Notes: generated from the sequence alone by a model not told the origin. A stretch of DNA of 46,582 bases from a bacterium (GCA_049969455.1 JBMFOW010000001.1:1-46582), one strand, 5' to 3'; numbered from the stretch's first letter, positions 28,044 to 37,820 are shown. A program made the numbers and translations.

Positions 28044-28910
28044 TTATTTAGAGAAATTAAATTGAACACTAACAGGTCTATGATCAGAAGCTATAGCAGT
28101 ATCTGGTAACTCTTGTTTTTCAAGAACATCAAAACTTCCTTGTACTACATATTTTCTTAAATTATCAGTTACTGTTATATAATCAATAATAGAGGGTTTT
28201 CCTTTTGCTTCTTTGTAATCATTAGGAACCTTATTATCCTTATTATCTTTTTCAGGTAAATGATAAATAGTATAATGAGTAGGAGTATTAGAATCCTTTG
28301 ATAATAAATCAATTTTTCTAACGTCAGTAAATCCATTATTTTGAATTAAATTCAAAGTTTTAGAAGCAGGTAAGTCATTAAAATCACCAGCTAAAATAGT
28401 AGGCAAATTATCTTTTTTAGCTAATTCAATAGCTCTGCTAGCTTCTTTTAATCTTTGCTGTTCAGAATTATGATCCATTTTAGCTTTAAAATGTACTCCC
28501 ATTATTTTAACCTCAAATCCTGGAGCTAATTCAACTATAGCCTCTACAGGGGGTCTATAAAAAGTACTTTCCTTTTCATTAATAGTATATTTTTTAATAG
28601 GGAATTTTTTATCAATTAGTAAAGCAACAGCTATTCCTCTACCATCACTCTTACCTACTATTATATTATACCTATCTTTTAAACCTGCCATAGATAATAC
28701 TTGTTCAATAATCTCTTTATTCTCTACTTCCTCTAGAACTAAAATATCAGAATTTAGATTTTTTATAACATTACTTAAAGCTTTTAATTCATTATCAGGT
28801 TTAGGAGGTCCATCATCTTTATTAGGATCATCTACTTTATCAAATAAATTCTCAACATTATAAGTAGTTATTTTTATTGTATTTAGATTGTTTTGTATCA
28901 TATTTATCAT
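28044..28910 (-). CDS. Endonuclease/exonuclease/phosphatase (EEP) family protein
   Basis: 288 aa. ITTYNVENLFD, ILVLEEVEN, LAGDFND and the C-terminal SDHRPVSV. Confidence 0.8.
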   Translation of the reverse strand: MINMIQNNLNTIKITTYNVENLFDKVDDPNKDDGPPKPDNELKALSNVIKNLNSDILVLEEVENKEIIEQVLSMAGLKDRYNIIVGKSDGRGIAVALLIDKKFPIKKYTINEKESTFYRPPVEAIVELAPGFEVKIMGVHFKAKMDHNSEQQRLKEASRAIELAKKDNLPTILAGDFNDLPASKTLNLIQNNGFTDVRKIDLLSKDSNTPTHYTIYHLPEKDNKDNKVPNDYKEAKGKPSIIDYITVTDNLRKYVVQGSFDVLEKQELPDTAIASDHRPVSVQFNFSK

Positions 28911-29070
28911 CCCCTTTCTTAACTACTATTATTTACTTGTAACTTATTTTTCATTTAAATAATTTATTTTTGTAAAAAAAAAGTTAATTTTTTCTACTTT
29001 GAAATTTCCTTTATTTTATAAAAAATTTTATAAAAAGGGATTTATATTTTAATTTAAGAATAATATAAAT

Positions 29071-30852
29071 ATGGAAAAACAAATCCCAAAAGAAAAAGAA
29101 CTTCCTATTTGGAATCTAAAAGAAATATATTCCTCTTTTGAAGATTTTAATATAGATCTTAAAAATTTAGAAAATAAAATATCAACTCTAAAAGAAATTT
29201 TAACAAAAATAAATCAAGATCAATTTAATATAAAAAATTTTATAGAAATTCTAAAATTGTATAATGATATTTTTGAATTAAATAGAAAACTTAATGCTTA
29301 CATATATTGTATTTTAGCTTGTGATTCTATAAATGAAGAAGCTAATAAATATCAAGGTAAATTATTAACACTTAATTCTACTATAAAAACCATTCAAACT
29401 CAAATAGAAAATTTAATATTTAAAAATAAAGAATTAATTATCTCAAATCTAAATGAATATTTAAAAGAACATGAATATTTTATAAAAAAATCTATACAGA
29501 ATTTTGAACACAAAATGGAGTTAAATGAAGAAGAGTTATATAATTTAATTAGTATAAGTTCAAATTCAGAATGGAAATCTTTATATGATTTAATTATTAG
29601 TAATATAAAAATAAATTTTAATAATGAAATATTATCAATAAGTCAATTAAGAAATTTATACCATCATAAAGATAGAACAATAAGAGAAAATGTTTATAAT
29701 ACAGAAATTAATGAATTAGAAAAATACGAGCATATATTTGCAAAAATACTAAACTCCATAAAATGGGATTCTATAGTAATATCAAAAAAAAGAAAATTTA
29801 ATTCCTTATTAGAAGCTACCTTATTTTATAATAGATTAGATATACAAACATTTGAAATAATAATAAATACGACTTTAGAAAACTTAGATAATATAAGAAA
29901 TTATTTTAAAATAAAAGCTAAATTATTAAATTTAGATAAATTAGAATGGTATGATATATATGCACCAATTATAAAAAATAAAGATAATTATAGTGATAAT
30001 TTAGAATATATAGATTATGAAAAAGCAAAAGATTTAATACTGTCTGCTTTTTCAAATTTTAGTAGTAATTTAACTAAATTAGCAAAAGAAGCATTTGATA
30101 ATAATTGGATAGATGCTAAACCAAGAATAGGAAAAAGTGATGGAGGTTTTTGTATTTATGTTATGCCTTTTAAATCCAGAATTTTAGTTAATTATGATAA
30201 CTCTATTAAATCAGTATTTACCTTAGCCCATGAATTAGGTCATGCTTATCACAATTATTTATTATCTAATAATTTACCTATATACAGAAGCTCTCCATTA
30301 ATTTTAGCAGAAACAGCATCACTATTAGCTGAAAATATTTTAAGAAATTATATAAACACAATAACTACTTCAAAAAATTTAAAACTTTTAATTTTAGATG
30401 GTTTCTTACTAACAGTTAGTCAAGTAGTAGTTGATATAATGTCTAGATTTTTATTTGAAAAAAAATTAGTAGAAATTAGAAAAGATAGAAGCTTAAGCTC
30501 TAAAGACTTGATAAATTTAATGATAGATTCTCAACAAGAAATATACTTAGATTCAATTAATTCCTTTCATAAGTATATGTGGATTGTTAAACCTCATTAT
30601 TATCATTCCAATTTTTATAACTACCCTTATTTAGTAGGTTTATTAATAAGCTTAGGTTTATATAAATTATATTTAGAAAAAAAATTAAGTATAACAGATT
30701 ACGAAAGAATTCTATCAAATACATCTAAAGAAGATGTCTTCGATCTTTTGATAAAATACAATATAAATATAAAAGAAAGAGATTTTTGGGAAAAATCTTT
30801 TGAATTCATAAATAATGAAATCTTAGAATTTGAAAAACTAGCTAATGAATAA
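29071..30852 (+). CDS. pepF: M3B-family oligoendopeptidase F-like peptidase
   Basis: 593 aa. HELGHAYH zinc motif with a downstream ILAETASLLAEN, and a long helical N-terminal domain typical of PepF. Confidence 0.8.
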   Translation: MEKQIPKEKELPIWNLKEIYSSFEDFNIDLKNLENKISTLKEILTKINQDQFNIKNFIEILKLYNDIFELNRKLNAYIYCILACDSINEEANKYQGKLLTLNSTIKTIQTQIENLIFKNKELIISNLNEYLKEHEYFIKKSIQNFEHKMELNEEELYNLISISSNSEWKSLYDLIISNIKINFNNEILSISQLRNLYHHKDRTIRENVYNTEINELEKYEHIFAKILNSIKWDSIVISKKRKFNSLLEATLFYNRLDIQTFEIIINTTLENLDNIRNYFKIKAKLLNLDKLEWYDIYAPIIKNKDNYSDNLEYIDYEKAKDLILSAFSNFSSNLTKLAKEAFDNNWIDAKPRIGKSDGGFCIYVMPFKSRILVNYDNSIKSVFTLAHELGHAYHNYLLSNNLPIYRSSPLILAETASLLAENILRNYINTITTSKNLKLLILDGFLLTVSQVVVDIMSRFLFEKKLVEIRKDRSLSSKDLINLMIDSQQEIYLDSINSFHKYMWIVKPHYYHSNFYNYPYLVGLLISLGLYKLYLEKKLSITDYERILSNTSKEDVFDLLIKYNINIKERDFWEKSFEFINNEILEFEKLANE

Positions 30853-30869
30853 TTTATATCAATAATTTT

Positions 30870-32231
30870 ATGAAAAATAAGATAAATTTATTTGATGCAA
30901 CTAATATAGTAGTTGGTTCAATAATAGGTTCTGGTATTTTCTTAGTTCCCTCAATTATAGCAAATTACTTACCTAATGGTTGGTATATGATAGGTTTATG
31001 GATTTTAGGAGGTTTAATAACAATAGCAGGAGCTTTAACATATGCAGAAATATCTAATAAAATTCCAGAACAGGGCGGACAATATGTATATCTAAGAGAA
31101 CTTTATAATAGTTTTATAGGTTTTTTATTTGCATGGACCTTATTCTTCGTCATTCAAAGTGGAACAATAGCAGCAGTTGCTATAGCTTTTACTAAATACT
31201 TAGGAACTTTTTTTAACTTTATTTCTGAAAATAATTATATAATAAATACTAATTTTTTTAAACTAAATAGTGCCCAAGTAATTGCAATTATTTCAATATG
31301 GATACTAACTTATATTAATATAAGAGGAATAAAATTAGGAGCTTTATTTCAAAATGTATTTACCATATCTAAAGTATTAGCTATAATCATTTTAATAATA
31401 TTAGCTTTTAGTTATAAAAACGGTACATTTAACAATTTAAACTCAGTAAATATAAATTATTCCAATGAAAGCATATTAACATTATTACCCTTAATAGCAT
31501 TAAGTTTATCTAAAATATTTTTTGCTTATGATGCTTGGTATAGTGTTACTTACGTCTCTAAAGAAGTAGAAAAACCTCAAATAAATATACCATTAAGTAT
31601 GGTAATAGGAACTTTAATTGTAACAATTATATATGTTTTAACTAATGTAGCATATATATATGTGCTACCAATAAATGAAATGGCAAATATTTTAGATAAC
31701 AAAATAGCTCAAGAAGTAGCTTATAAAGTTTTACCAAATATAGGACCAATTATAATATCAGTAGGTATTATAATATCTACTTTAGGTTGTAATAATGGAT
31801 TAATTTTATCAGGTCCAAGAGTAATAGCTGTATTAGCAAATGATAAACTATTTAATCAAAATTTTTCTAAAATTCATAATACTTATGAAACTCCATATAT
31901 AGCAATTATATTTCAGGCAATATGGGTTAGTATATTAATAATTCTAGGTACTTATAGTCAATTATTAACTTATGTAACATTTGCTTCAATTTTATTTAAC
32001 ATATTAACAGTAATTGGGGTTTTTATATTAAGAAAAAGATATAAATATGAAAAAACAGATTATAAAACTATTTTATATCCTTTTACTCCAATATTTTACG
32101 TACTTTTTGGGATTTTATTCTTAATCTACTTAATACAAGGAGATATCAAATCAACATTAGCAGGATTAATAATAGTCCTATCTGGAACACCATTTTATTT
32201 TTATTATAATAAAAATTATAAAAATAACTAA
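30870..32231 (+). CDS. APC-superfamily amino acid permease
   Basis: 453 aa with about 12 TM. N-terminal LFDATNIVVGSIIGSGIFLVPS and AELS-like YAEISNKIPEQGGQYVYL. Confidence 0.85.
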   Translation: MKNKINLFDATNIVVGSIIGSGIFLVPSIIANYLPNGWYMIGLWILGGLITIAGALTYAEISNKIPEQGGQYVYLRELYNSFIGFLFAWTLFFVIQSGTIAAVAIAFTKYLGTFFNFISENNYIINTNFFKLNSAQVIAIISIWILTYINIRGIKLGALFQNVFTISKVLAIIILIILAFSYKNGTFNNLNSVNINYSNESILTLLPLIALSLSKIFFAYDAWYSVTYVSKEVEKPQINIPLSMVIGTLIVTIIYVLTNVAYIYVLPINEMANILDNKIAQEVAYKVLPNIGPIIISVGIIISTLGCNNGLILSGPRVIAVLANDKLFNQNFSKIHNTYETPYIAIIFQAIWVSILIILGTYSQLLTYVTFASILFNILTVIGVFILRKRYKYEKTDYKTILYPFTPIFYVLFGILFLIYLIQGDIKSTLAGLIIVLSGTPFYFYYNKNYKNN

Positions 32232-33473
32232 CTAATCTTTTTCATCAATAATAGATATCAATACCTTTGATATTTTATATTTTTTTATTTCCAGAATTTT
32301 TATTTGTATATTTTTATAAGTTATAATTTCATCCTGCCTAGGAATTCTACCTAATCTACTATAAATAAACCCACTTAAAGTAGTATAATCATAATTTTCA
32401 GATTCCAAATTAATACCAATCATTTCTTGTAAAGTATATATATCTATTTTAGGATCTACAATAAATTCAGTATCACTTATTCTTTTTATTTCAATAGCTT
32501 CCTCTTCTTTATCATGTTCATCTTTGATAGGTCCAAAAATTTCTTTAAAAATATCTTCAATAGTAACTAACCCACTAGTACCCCCGTATTCATCAACTAC
32601 AATAGCTACAGAAGCTCTATTAACTTGCATAATTTTCAATAATTCATTAATAGGTTTATTTTCAGGAACCAACATAGGTAACTTAATTATATCCCTCAAT
32701 CTTAAGTGTTCTTGATTATAAGCTAAATATCTTAAAATATCTTTAATAAAAACAATACCAATAATATTATCTATTGTATCTTCATAAACAGGATACTTAG
32801 AATATCCTCTCTTTATTATCAAAGAAATAACCTCAGAAATAGTTTTATTAGCTTCTAAAGCAGTTAATTCAACTCTAGGGACCATTATCTCTTTAACTAA
32901 TGTTTCATTTAAACTTATTATTTTCTCTATAATTTCCTTTTGATCATCACTTAACTTAGGATTATATATAGAAACTATTAAATCACTATAAAATTTATTA
33001 GATATATCAACTACATCATCAGAAAATAGTTTCATCATTGGATCTATTATTTTACTAATAAAACTACCAATATAAAAAGAAAAATAATTCATTTTAAAAG
33101 CTAATTCTGTAAATTTTATAAACTTTAAATAATTAATAAAAATATAATTTTTTAATATAAATTCAATAAAAAAAATAATTAAAAATAAAACTAAAATAGA
33201 ACCAAGAAAAATTAAAACATTATCTAATTTAAAATAAAAAAAACTAAAAACTAAAAAGAACAAAATAAATAGAAATGAAAAAAATTTATTACCTAAAATA
33301 TACTTTTCCCTATTATTAAGATACTCAATATTTATCTTAATTAAATGCTGATATTCCTTTATAATATAATTAATAGAAAAAAGCATCAAGAAATAAGATA
33401 TCCTTAAAAAAGATAATAAAATAATAAATATAAATAAAATAGAAACTATAAAAAAGATACTCGCGTTTTCCAC
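32232..33473 (-). CDS. CBS-pair / CorC_HlyC domain membrane protein (CNNM/TlyC-like), divergent N-terminal membrane domain
   Basis: 413 aa with a GTG start. KEIMVPRVEL, VVDEYGGTSGLVTIEDIFKEIFG and C-terminal TLSGFIYSRLGRIP. Confidence 0.8.
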   Translation of the reverse strand: MENASIFFIVSILFIFIILLSFLRISYFLMLFSINYIIKEYQHLIKINIEYLNNREKYILGNKFFSFLFILFFLVFSFFYFKLDNVLIFLGSILVLFLIIFFIEFILKNYIFINYLKFIKFTELAFKMNYFSFYIGSFISKIIDPMMKLFSDDVVDISNKFYSDLIVSIYNPKLSDDQKEIIEKIISLNETLVKEIMVPRVELTALEANKTISEVISLIIKRGYSKYPVYEDTIDNIIGIVFIKDILRYLAYNQEHLRLRDIIKLPMLVPENKPINELLKIMQVNRASVAIVVDEYGGTSGLVTIEDIFKEIFGPIKDEHDKEEEAIEIKRISDTEFIVDPKIDIYTLQEMIGINLESENYDYTTLSGFIYSRLGRIPRQDEIITYKNIQIKILEIKKYKISKVLISIIDEKD

Positions 33474-33527
33474 TTTTTATATACTACTACCTCTATACTA
33501 AAATTTTATTCTATGTTTTTATCCTAA

Positions 33528-34832
33528 CTATTTATATATTTTGATATACTTAACAGAATTCCCTTTTACATCTAAAAGTCTAATTTTTAGATTTCCAATT
33601 TTTAATATCTCATTATTTTTAGGTTTTTTACCAGCTAAATACTCATAAACTAAATTGGATACCAAAATATTATCATAATAAACATTATTTTGCTTTAATA
33701 TATCTTTTACTTCCTGAGGTAACTCATTTAAATGTAAATTAGTATTAATAATATAACCATCATAAGTTTTAAAGAAATCCAATTTTTGCAAATCAAATTC
33801 ATCTAAAATAGTACCAATAATAACACTTAAAATATCATCAAAAGTAATAATCCCTTTAGTTCCCCCAAATTCATCGATAACAATAGCCATTAGATTTTGA
33901 GTTCTTTGCATTTCTTGTAAAACATTAAATAAATTCCCATTTTCAGGTACATATAACACTTTTCTATTAACTAATTCTAACAATTCTTTCAAATAAAAGA
34001 CTTTCTTTTTTATAGCAACAAAGAAATCCTTTATATGAAATATACCAACAATATTATCTATATCATCTTTATAAACTGGATACCTACTATGTAAATTATT
34101 TACAATTATATCTATAACATTTTCTATTCTCATTTCCTGATTTAAAGCAACTATATTTGTCCTATGTATCATAATATCTTTAACTTTTTTTTCATTTAAC
34201 TTTAAAACTCCATTAATTATATCACTCAATTTCTCATTAATTATTCCTTTATTAGATAACTCAAATAACATTTCCTTTATTTCATCTACTGAATACCTTA
34301 AATTATGACTTTCTGAAATATCTAATCCAAAATAATTGGCTATTTTATTTTGAGTAATTTTTACTAACAATGTTAAAGGTAGAAATATATAATTAAAAAT
34401 TTCTAAAAAAGGAGAAAATATAATAATCATTCTTTCAGGTCTATAAACTGCAAATAATTTAGGTACTTGCTCACCCAATACTAAATGTAAAAAAGTAACA
34501 AATACAAAAGACAAAACTATACTAAAAGAATGAATATTATTAAAATGAAACTTAAATAAATTAAATAACTTTTTAATAATAAAAGAAAAAGTAGGTTCAG
34601 CTAACCAACCTAAAATTAAACTAGCTAAAGTTATACCAACTTGACAAGTAGCTAAATAATGATCTAAATTCTTAAACTGCTTATATGGTAAACTAAATTT
34701 TATTCTTTTTAATTTCAATTCATTAGAAGCAACTAAAGAAAACTCTACTAACACAAAAAAAGCATTCAATAAAATTAATAAAAAAACTAACAATAATTTC
34801 TGATATAAACTTAAATTTTCTAAAACTCCCAT
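33528..34832 (-). CDS. DUF21-CBS-CorC_HlyC (CNNM/hemolysin-like) membrane protein
   Basis: 434 aa. DUF21-like LLNAFFVLVEFSLVAS, KDIMIHRTNI and VIDEFGGTKGIITFDDIL. Confidence 0.85.
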   Translation of the reverse strand: MGVLENLSLYQKLLLVFLLILLNAFFVLVEFSLVASNELKLKRIKFSLPYKQFKNLDHYLATCQVGITLASLILGWLAEPTFSFIIKKLFNLFKFHFNNIHSFSIVLSFVFVTFLHLVLGEQVPKLFAVYRPERMIIIFSPFLEIFNYIFLPLTLLVKITQNKIANYFGLDISESHNLRYSVDEIKEMLFELSNKGIINEKLSDIINGVLKLNEKKVKDIMIHRTNIVALNQEMRIENVIDIIVNNLHSRYPVYKDDIDNIVGIFHIKDFFVAIKKKVFYLKELLELVNRKVLYVPENGNLFNVLQEMQRTQNLMAIVIDEFGGTKGIITFDDILSVIIGTILDEFDLQKLDFFKTYDGYIINTNLHLNELPQEVKDILKQNNVYYDNILVSNLVYEYLAGKKPKNNEILKIGNLKIRLLDVKGNSVKYIKIYK

Positions 34833-34869
34833 ATTTTCTAACTAAAACAGCTCAAATAATATAAGTAAT

Positions 34870-35616
34870 TTATATTTTAAACAAATTCATTAACTGAAGT
34901 ATAATTAAAGTAACTACAATCCCAAATAAAGAACCATTAACTAATTCAGAAAAAGTATGTATTTTAGCTTCATATCTACTCTGAATAACCAAAAACGCTA
35001 AAACAATAACCATTAATATAACATAAGGTTGCTTCCAACTATGAATTATTATAAAAGTAGCAGTAGAGGAAGCTAAAGCCGCATGAACACTTATTAGACC
35101 ACCTTGAACATTCACATTCTTATTAACCCATCTCATATACAAAACCTTTGCTAACATACTTAACAATAAAACCAATAAAAATACAAAAATAAACATATAC
35201 TCAGGTATATTTGATAACTTCTCTATTAAAATAGGTGTGTTATCTTTAAATTTTTTAGTTATTATAATATAAGCAATAATTACAGATAATACAGAAACAA
35301 TCAAAACAGCAGCAGCAGATACATCTTTTATAACCTTTATCTGATCATCATAATCACTTGAAATTTTATCACTTATCAACTCTATAGCCGTATTTACAGC
35401 TTCTAATGCAAAAACTAAACCTATACAAAATAAAATTACTATCAACTCTAAATAACTTAAATTCAAAAAAAACAACAAAACTAAAATAGAAATAGCAATA
35501 ATTAAATGGATCCTCATGTTCCTTTCTTGATAAAAAATCTCCATTAAACCATTAACAGCATTAGAAAAACTCTCTACTATACTTTTACTCCTTTTTTCTC
35601 TTCTAAATTTACTCAT
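34870..35616 (-). CDS. Fusion of a prokaryotic diacylglycerol/undecaprenol kinase (DgkA) domain with a PAP2-like phosphatase C-terminal domain
   Basis: 248 aa. Residues 1-120 carry FSNAVNGL...ERNMRIH...LEAVNTAIE...IKDVSAAAVL (DgkA). Residues 130-248 carry GGLISVHAA (PSGH-like) and SRYEAKIHTFSE (SRxxxxxHxxx[D/E]), which are PAP2 C2/C3-like motifs. Confidence 0.65.
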   Translation of the reverse strand: MSKFRREKRSKSIVESFSNAVNGLMEIFYQERNMRIHLIIAISILVLLFFLNLSYLELIVILFCIGLVFALEAVNTAIELISDKISSDYDDQIKVIKDVSAAAVLIVSVLSVIIAYIIITKKFKDNTPILIEKLSNIPEYMFIFVFLLVLLLSMLAKVLYMRWVNKNVNVQGGLISVHAALASSTATFIIIHSWKQPYVILMVIVLAFLVIQSRYEAKIHTFSELVNGSLFGIVVTLIILQLMNLFKI

Positions 35617-35634
35617 AATATACTTTTTTTATAG

Positions 35635-35722
35635 CTTAAGGGGTTTCACCCCTTAGGGGGTTTAGCACCCTCTATAACCCCCTTAACACGAGGGGGCTCA
35701 TGCCCCCTTAACCCCCCTTAAA
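35635..35722 (-). other. GC-rich structured intercistronic island: three G/C-clamped hairpins and repeated TAAGGGG (SD-like) motifs
   Basis: Hairpins at 35638-35654 (AAGGGG/CCCCTT), 35656-35682 (GGGGGTT/AACCCCC) and 35691-35708 (AGGGGGC/GCCCCCT, 4-nt loop), plus a C6 run at 35712-35717. On the coding strand TAAGGGG occurs 4 times. The island lies between the pepP stop (35733) and the dgkA-fusion start (35616). Confidence 0.8.
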
Positions 35723-35732
35723 CAAATTCGTT

Positions 35733-36821
35733 TTATTTTGGATATGTACTTATAAATTCAATAGAATCTTCCTTTATTAAAATTAAATCTTCTATTCTAA
35801 TACCTCCTACATCTTCAATATAAACTCCTGGTTCAATTGTTATTACATTTCCTTTATTTAAATAATTGTTAGAAGCAGAAGATAAAGAAGGTAATTCATG
35901 GATTTCTAAGCCTACTCCATGCCCTAACCCATGAGTAAAATAATTCTCTAAATTATATTTCTCAAATACTTTAACAGCTTTAAAATATGCTTCTTTAGCA
36001 GGTAAACCTACTCTTAAAGATTTTATTGACTCTACCTGAGCTTCTAAAACTATTTTATATAATTCATTAAATTTTGGATTATTTCCAAAACAAAAGGATC
36101 TAGTTATATCACTATGATATCCTAAATAAGTGGCTCCCATATCTATTATAATAAAATCATTTTCTTTTAAAATAGTATTTGATGGAGCATAATGAGGAAA
36201 AGCAGTATTAGTATTGAAAGCTACAATAGGTTCAAAAGCTAATCCTCCACCTAATTCATTTATTCTGTTTTTAATATAAAAAGCAACTTCTGATTCAGTA
36301 ATTTTTGAAATATTGTTTTTTAATAAATCTTCTACTTCTTTAAGTACTATTTGAGTTATTTCCATTGCTTTTTTTATTAACTCAATTTCATTTTCATCTT
36401 TAATTGCTCTTATATTTTCAACTAAAAAATAAGTAGGTATTATTTTAAAATATTCTTTATAAACTAAGTAGCTACTTAATGTTAAATTATGAGCTTCTAC
36501 AGCTAATTTTGAAACGTTTAATTCTTTTAATAATTTTATAACATTATTAGATAATTTAGATTTATCTGTAGCTTCAATAACATTAACATTTATTGCTTCT
36601 TTTTTAGCTCTTAAAGTATATCTACCATCTACTATTAAGTAATTTTCATCATTAGTAATAATTAAAATTCCTGTACTTCCACTAAAGTTAGATAAATAAT
36701 AAAAATTTAGTTTATTATTAGTTAAGAAAGCGTCAGCTCCTATTGTATTTAAATGTTCTTTTATTTTTTGGATTCTTTTGTTATATATTTCGTTTATTTT
36801 GTTTTCAAGTGTATTTTGCAT
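35733..36821 (-). CDS. pepP: M24B-family Xaa-Pro aminopeptidase/dipeptidase
   Basis: 362 aa. Creatinase-like N-terminal domain, then DMGATYLGYHSDITR, HGLGHGVGLEIHE and EPGVY...GGIRIED. Confidence 0.88.
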   Translation of the reverse strand: MQNTLENKINEIYNKRIQKIKEHLNTIGADAFLTNNKLNFYYLSNFSGSTGILIITNDENYLIVDGRYTLRAKKEAINVNVIEATDKSKLSNNVIKLLKELNVSKLAVEAHNLTLSSYLVYKEYFKIIPTYFLVENIRAIKDENEIELIKKAMEITQIVLKEVEDLLKNNISKITESEVAFYIKNRINELGGGLAFEPIVAFNTNTAFPHYAPSNTILKENDFIIIDMGATYLGYHSDITRSFCFGNNPKFNELYKIVLEAQVESIKSLRVGLPAKEAYFKAVKVFEKYNLENYFTHGLGHGVGLEIHELPSLSSASNNYLNKGNVITIEPGVYIEDVGGIRIEDLILIKEDSIEFISTYPK

Positions 36822-37820
36822 CTAACTCACTCCCTTTTTTATGGCATTTTTAAGTATAGGTAAAATAGAATTAATTGCATTTATAGGATCTTGTTTAATT
36901 CTAAATCCTGCAGCTAAATTATGCCCCCCTCCTCCAAATTGTTCAGCTATTTCTCTTATAGGAATTCTTCTTGATCTTAAACTTACTTTTGATTTATTAT
37001 CATCTAATTCTAAAACATTAAAATAGATCTCTACTTGATCTAGATAATCTAAGTTTTCTACTATATTATTAACATCTTCTATATTCATTCCTAATTTTTC
37101 TAAATCAGATTTTAATATATAAGAATAGGCTATTTTATCTTCTATTTGTAATCTTTGATAAAAAACAGATAATAATTTATATTCATTAAAAGATTTTTTA
37201 TTAACTTTATAAAATATTTCAGACCAATTAACTAAATTTCTTAAATCTGATAATATTTTTAGAGATTTAGAAGATAATGAAGAATATTTTAAATTACCTG
37301 TATCTGAAACTATTCCCATTACTAAATAATTAGCAATTTCTTCATCTATATTTATTTCTGTATCAACTATGATATCATATAAAGCTTCATTAATAGAGCA
37401 AGCACTAGTATCTACGTAATAATAATTACCAAATAGATCATTAGATGCATGATGATCAAAATTTAATACTACTTTATTTTTTAATATATTATTAGCTTGA
37501 TCAATATCAATTTTAAGAGCTTCTAAAAACCTTTTATAATTACCAGTTTCAATAGCTATAATACAATCAAATTCAGATAAATTCACTTCATTAAGTATTT
37601 CATTATCTTTAAAATCAAAAATTTCTTTAAAATTTTTGTTAATTAGGTCTTTGGAATATAAAGTAACTCTTTTATAGAAGTATTCATTAAAAATTTTCTT
37701 AATAACTTTCATAGCTGCTAAACAATCTATATCAGGAGAAGGATGAGCTACTAATAAAACATTTTTTAGTTTTACAAACACTCTTCTTAAATAATTTAAA
37801 GAAATATTGGATTTTAACAT
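36822..37820 (-). CDS. nrnA: DHH/DHHA1 phosphoesterase, NrnA-type oligoribonuclease / pAp phosphatase
   Basis: 332 aa. HPSPDIDCLAA, FDHHASN, GIVSDTGN and FGGGGHNLAAG. Confidence 0.88.
   Translation of the reverse strand: MLKSNISLNYLRRVFVKLKNVLLVAHPSPDIDCLAAMKVIKKIFNEYFYKRVTLYSKDLINKNFKEIFDFKDNEILNEVNLSEFDCIIAIETGNYKRFLEALKIDIDQANNILKNKVVLNFDHHASNDLFGNYYYVDTSACSINEALYDIIVDTEINIDEEIANYLVMGIVSDTGNLKYSSLSSKSLKILSDLRNLVNWSEIFYKVNKKSFNEYKLLSVFYQRLQIEDKIAYSYILKSDLEKLGMNIEDVNNIVENLDYLDQVEIYFNVLELDDNKSKVSLRSRRIPIREIAEQFGGGGHNLAAGFRIKQDPINAINSILPILKNAIKKGVS

Noticed and set aside
35635-35722. GC-rich island as a tRNA, SRP (4.5S) RNA or other standard small RNA gene
   Set aside because: There is no cloverleaf and no T-loop GTTCGAATC-like or anticodon arm arrangement. 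No SRP domain IV motif (GGAA tetraloop with flanking AGCA/GNAR loops) is present. The hairpins are simple G-run/C-run clamps. It is kept as an unexplained structured element instead.
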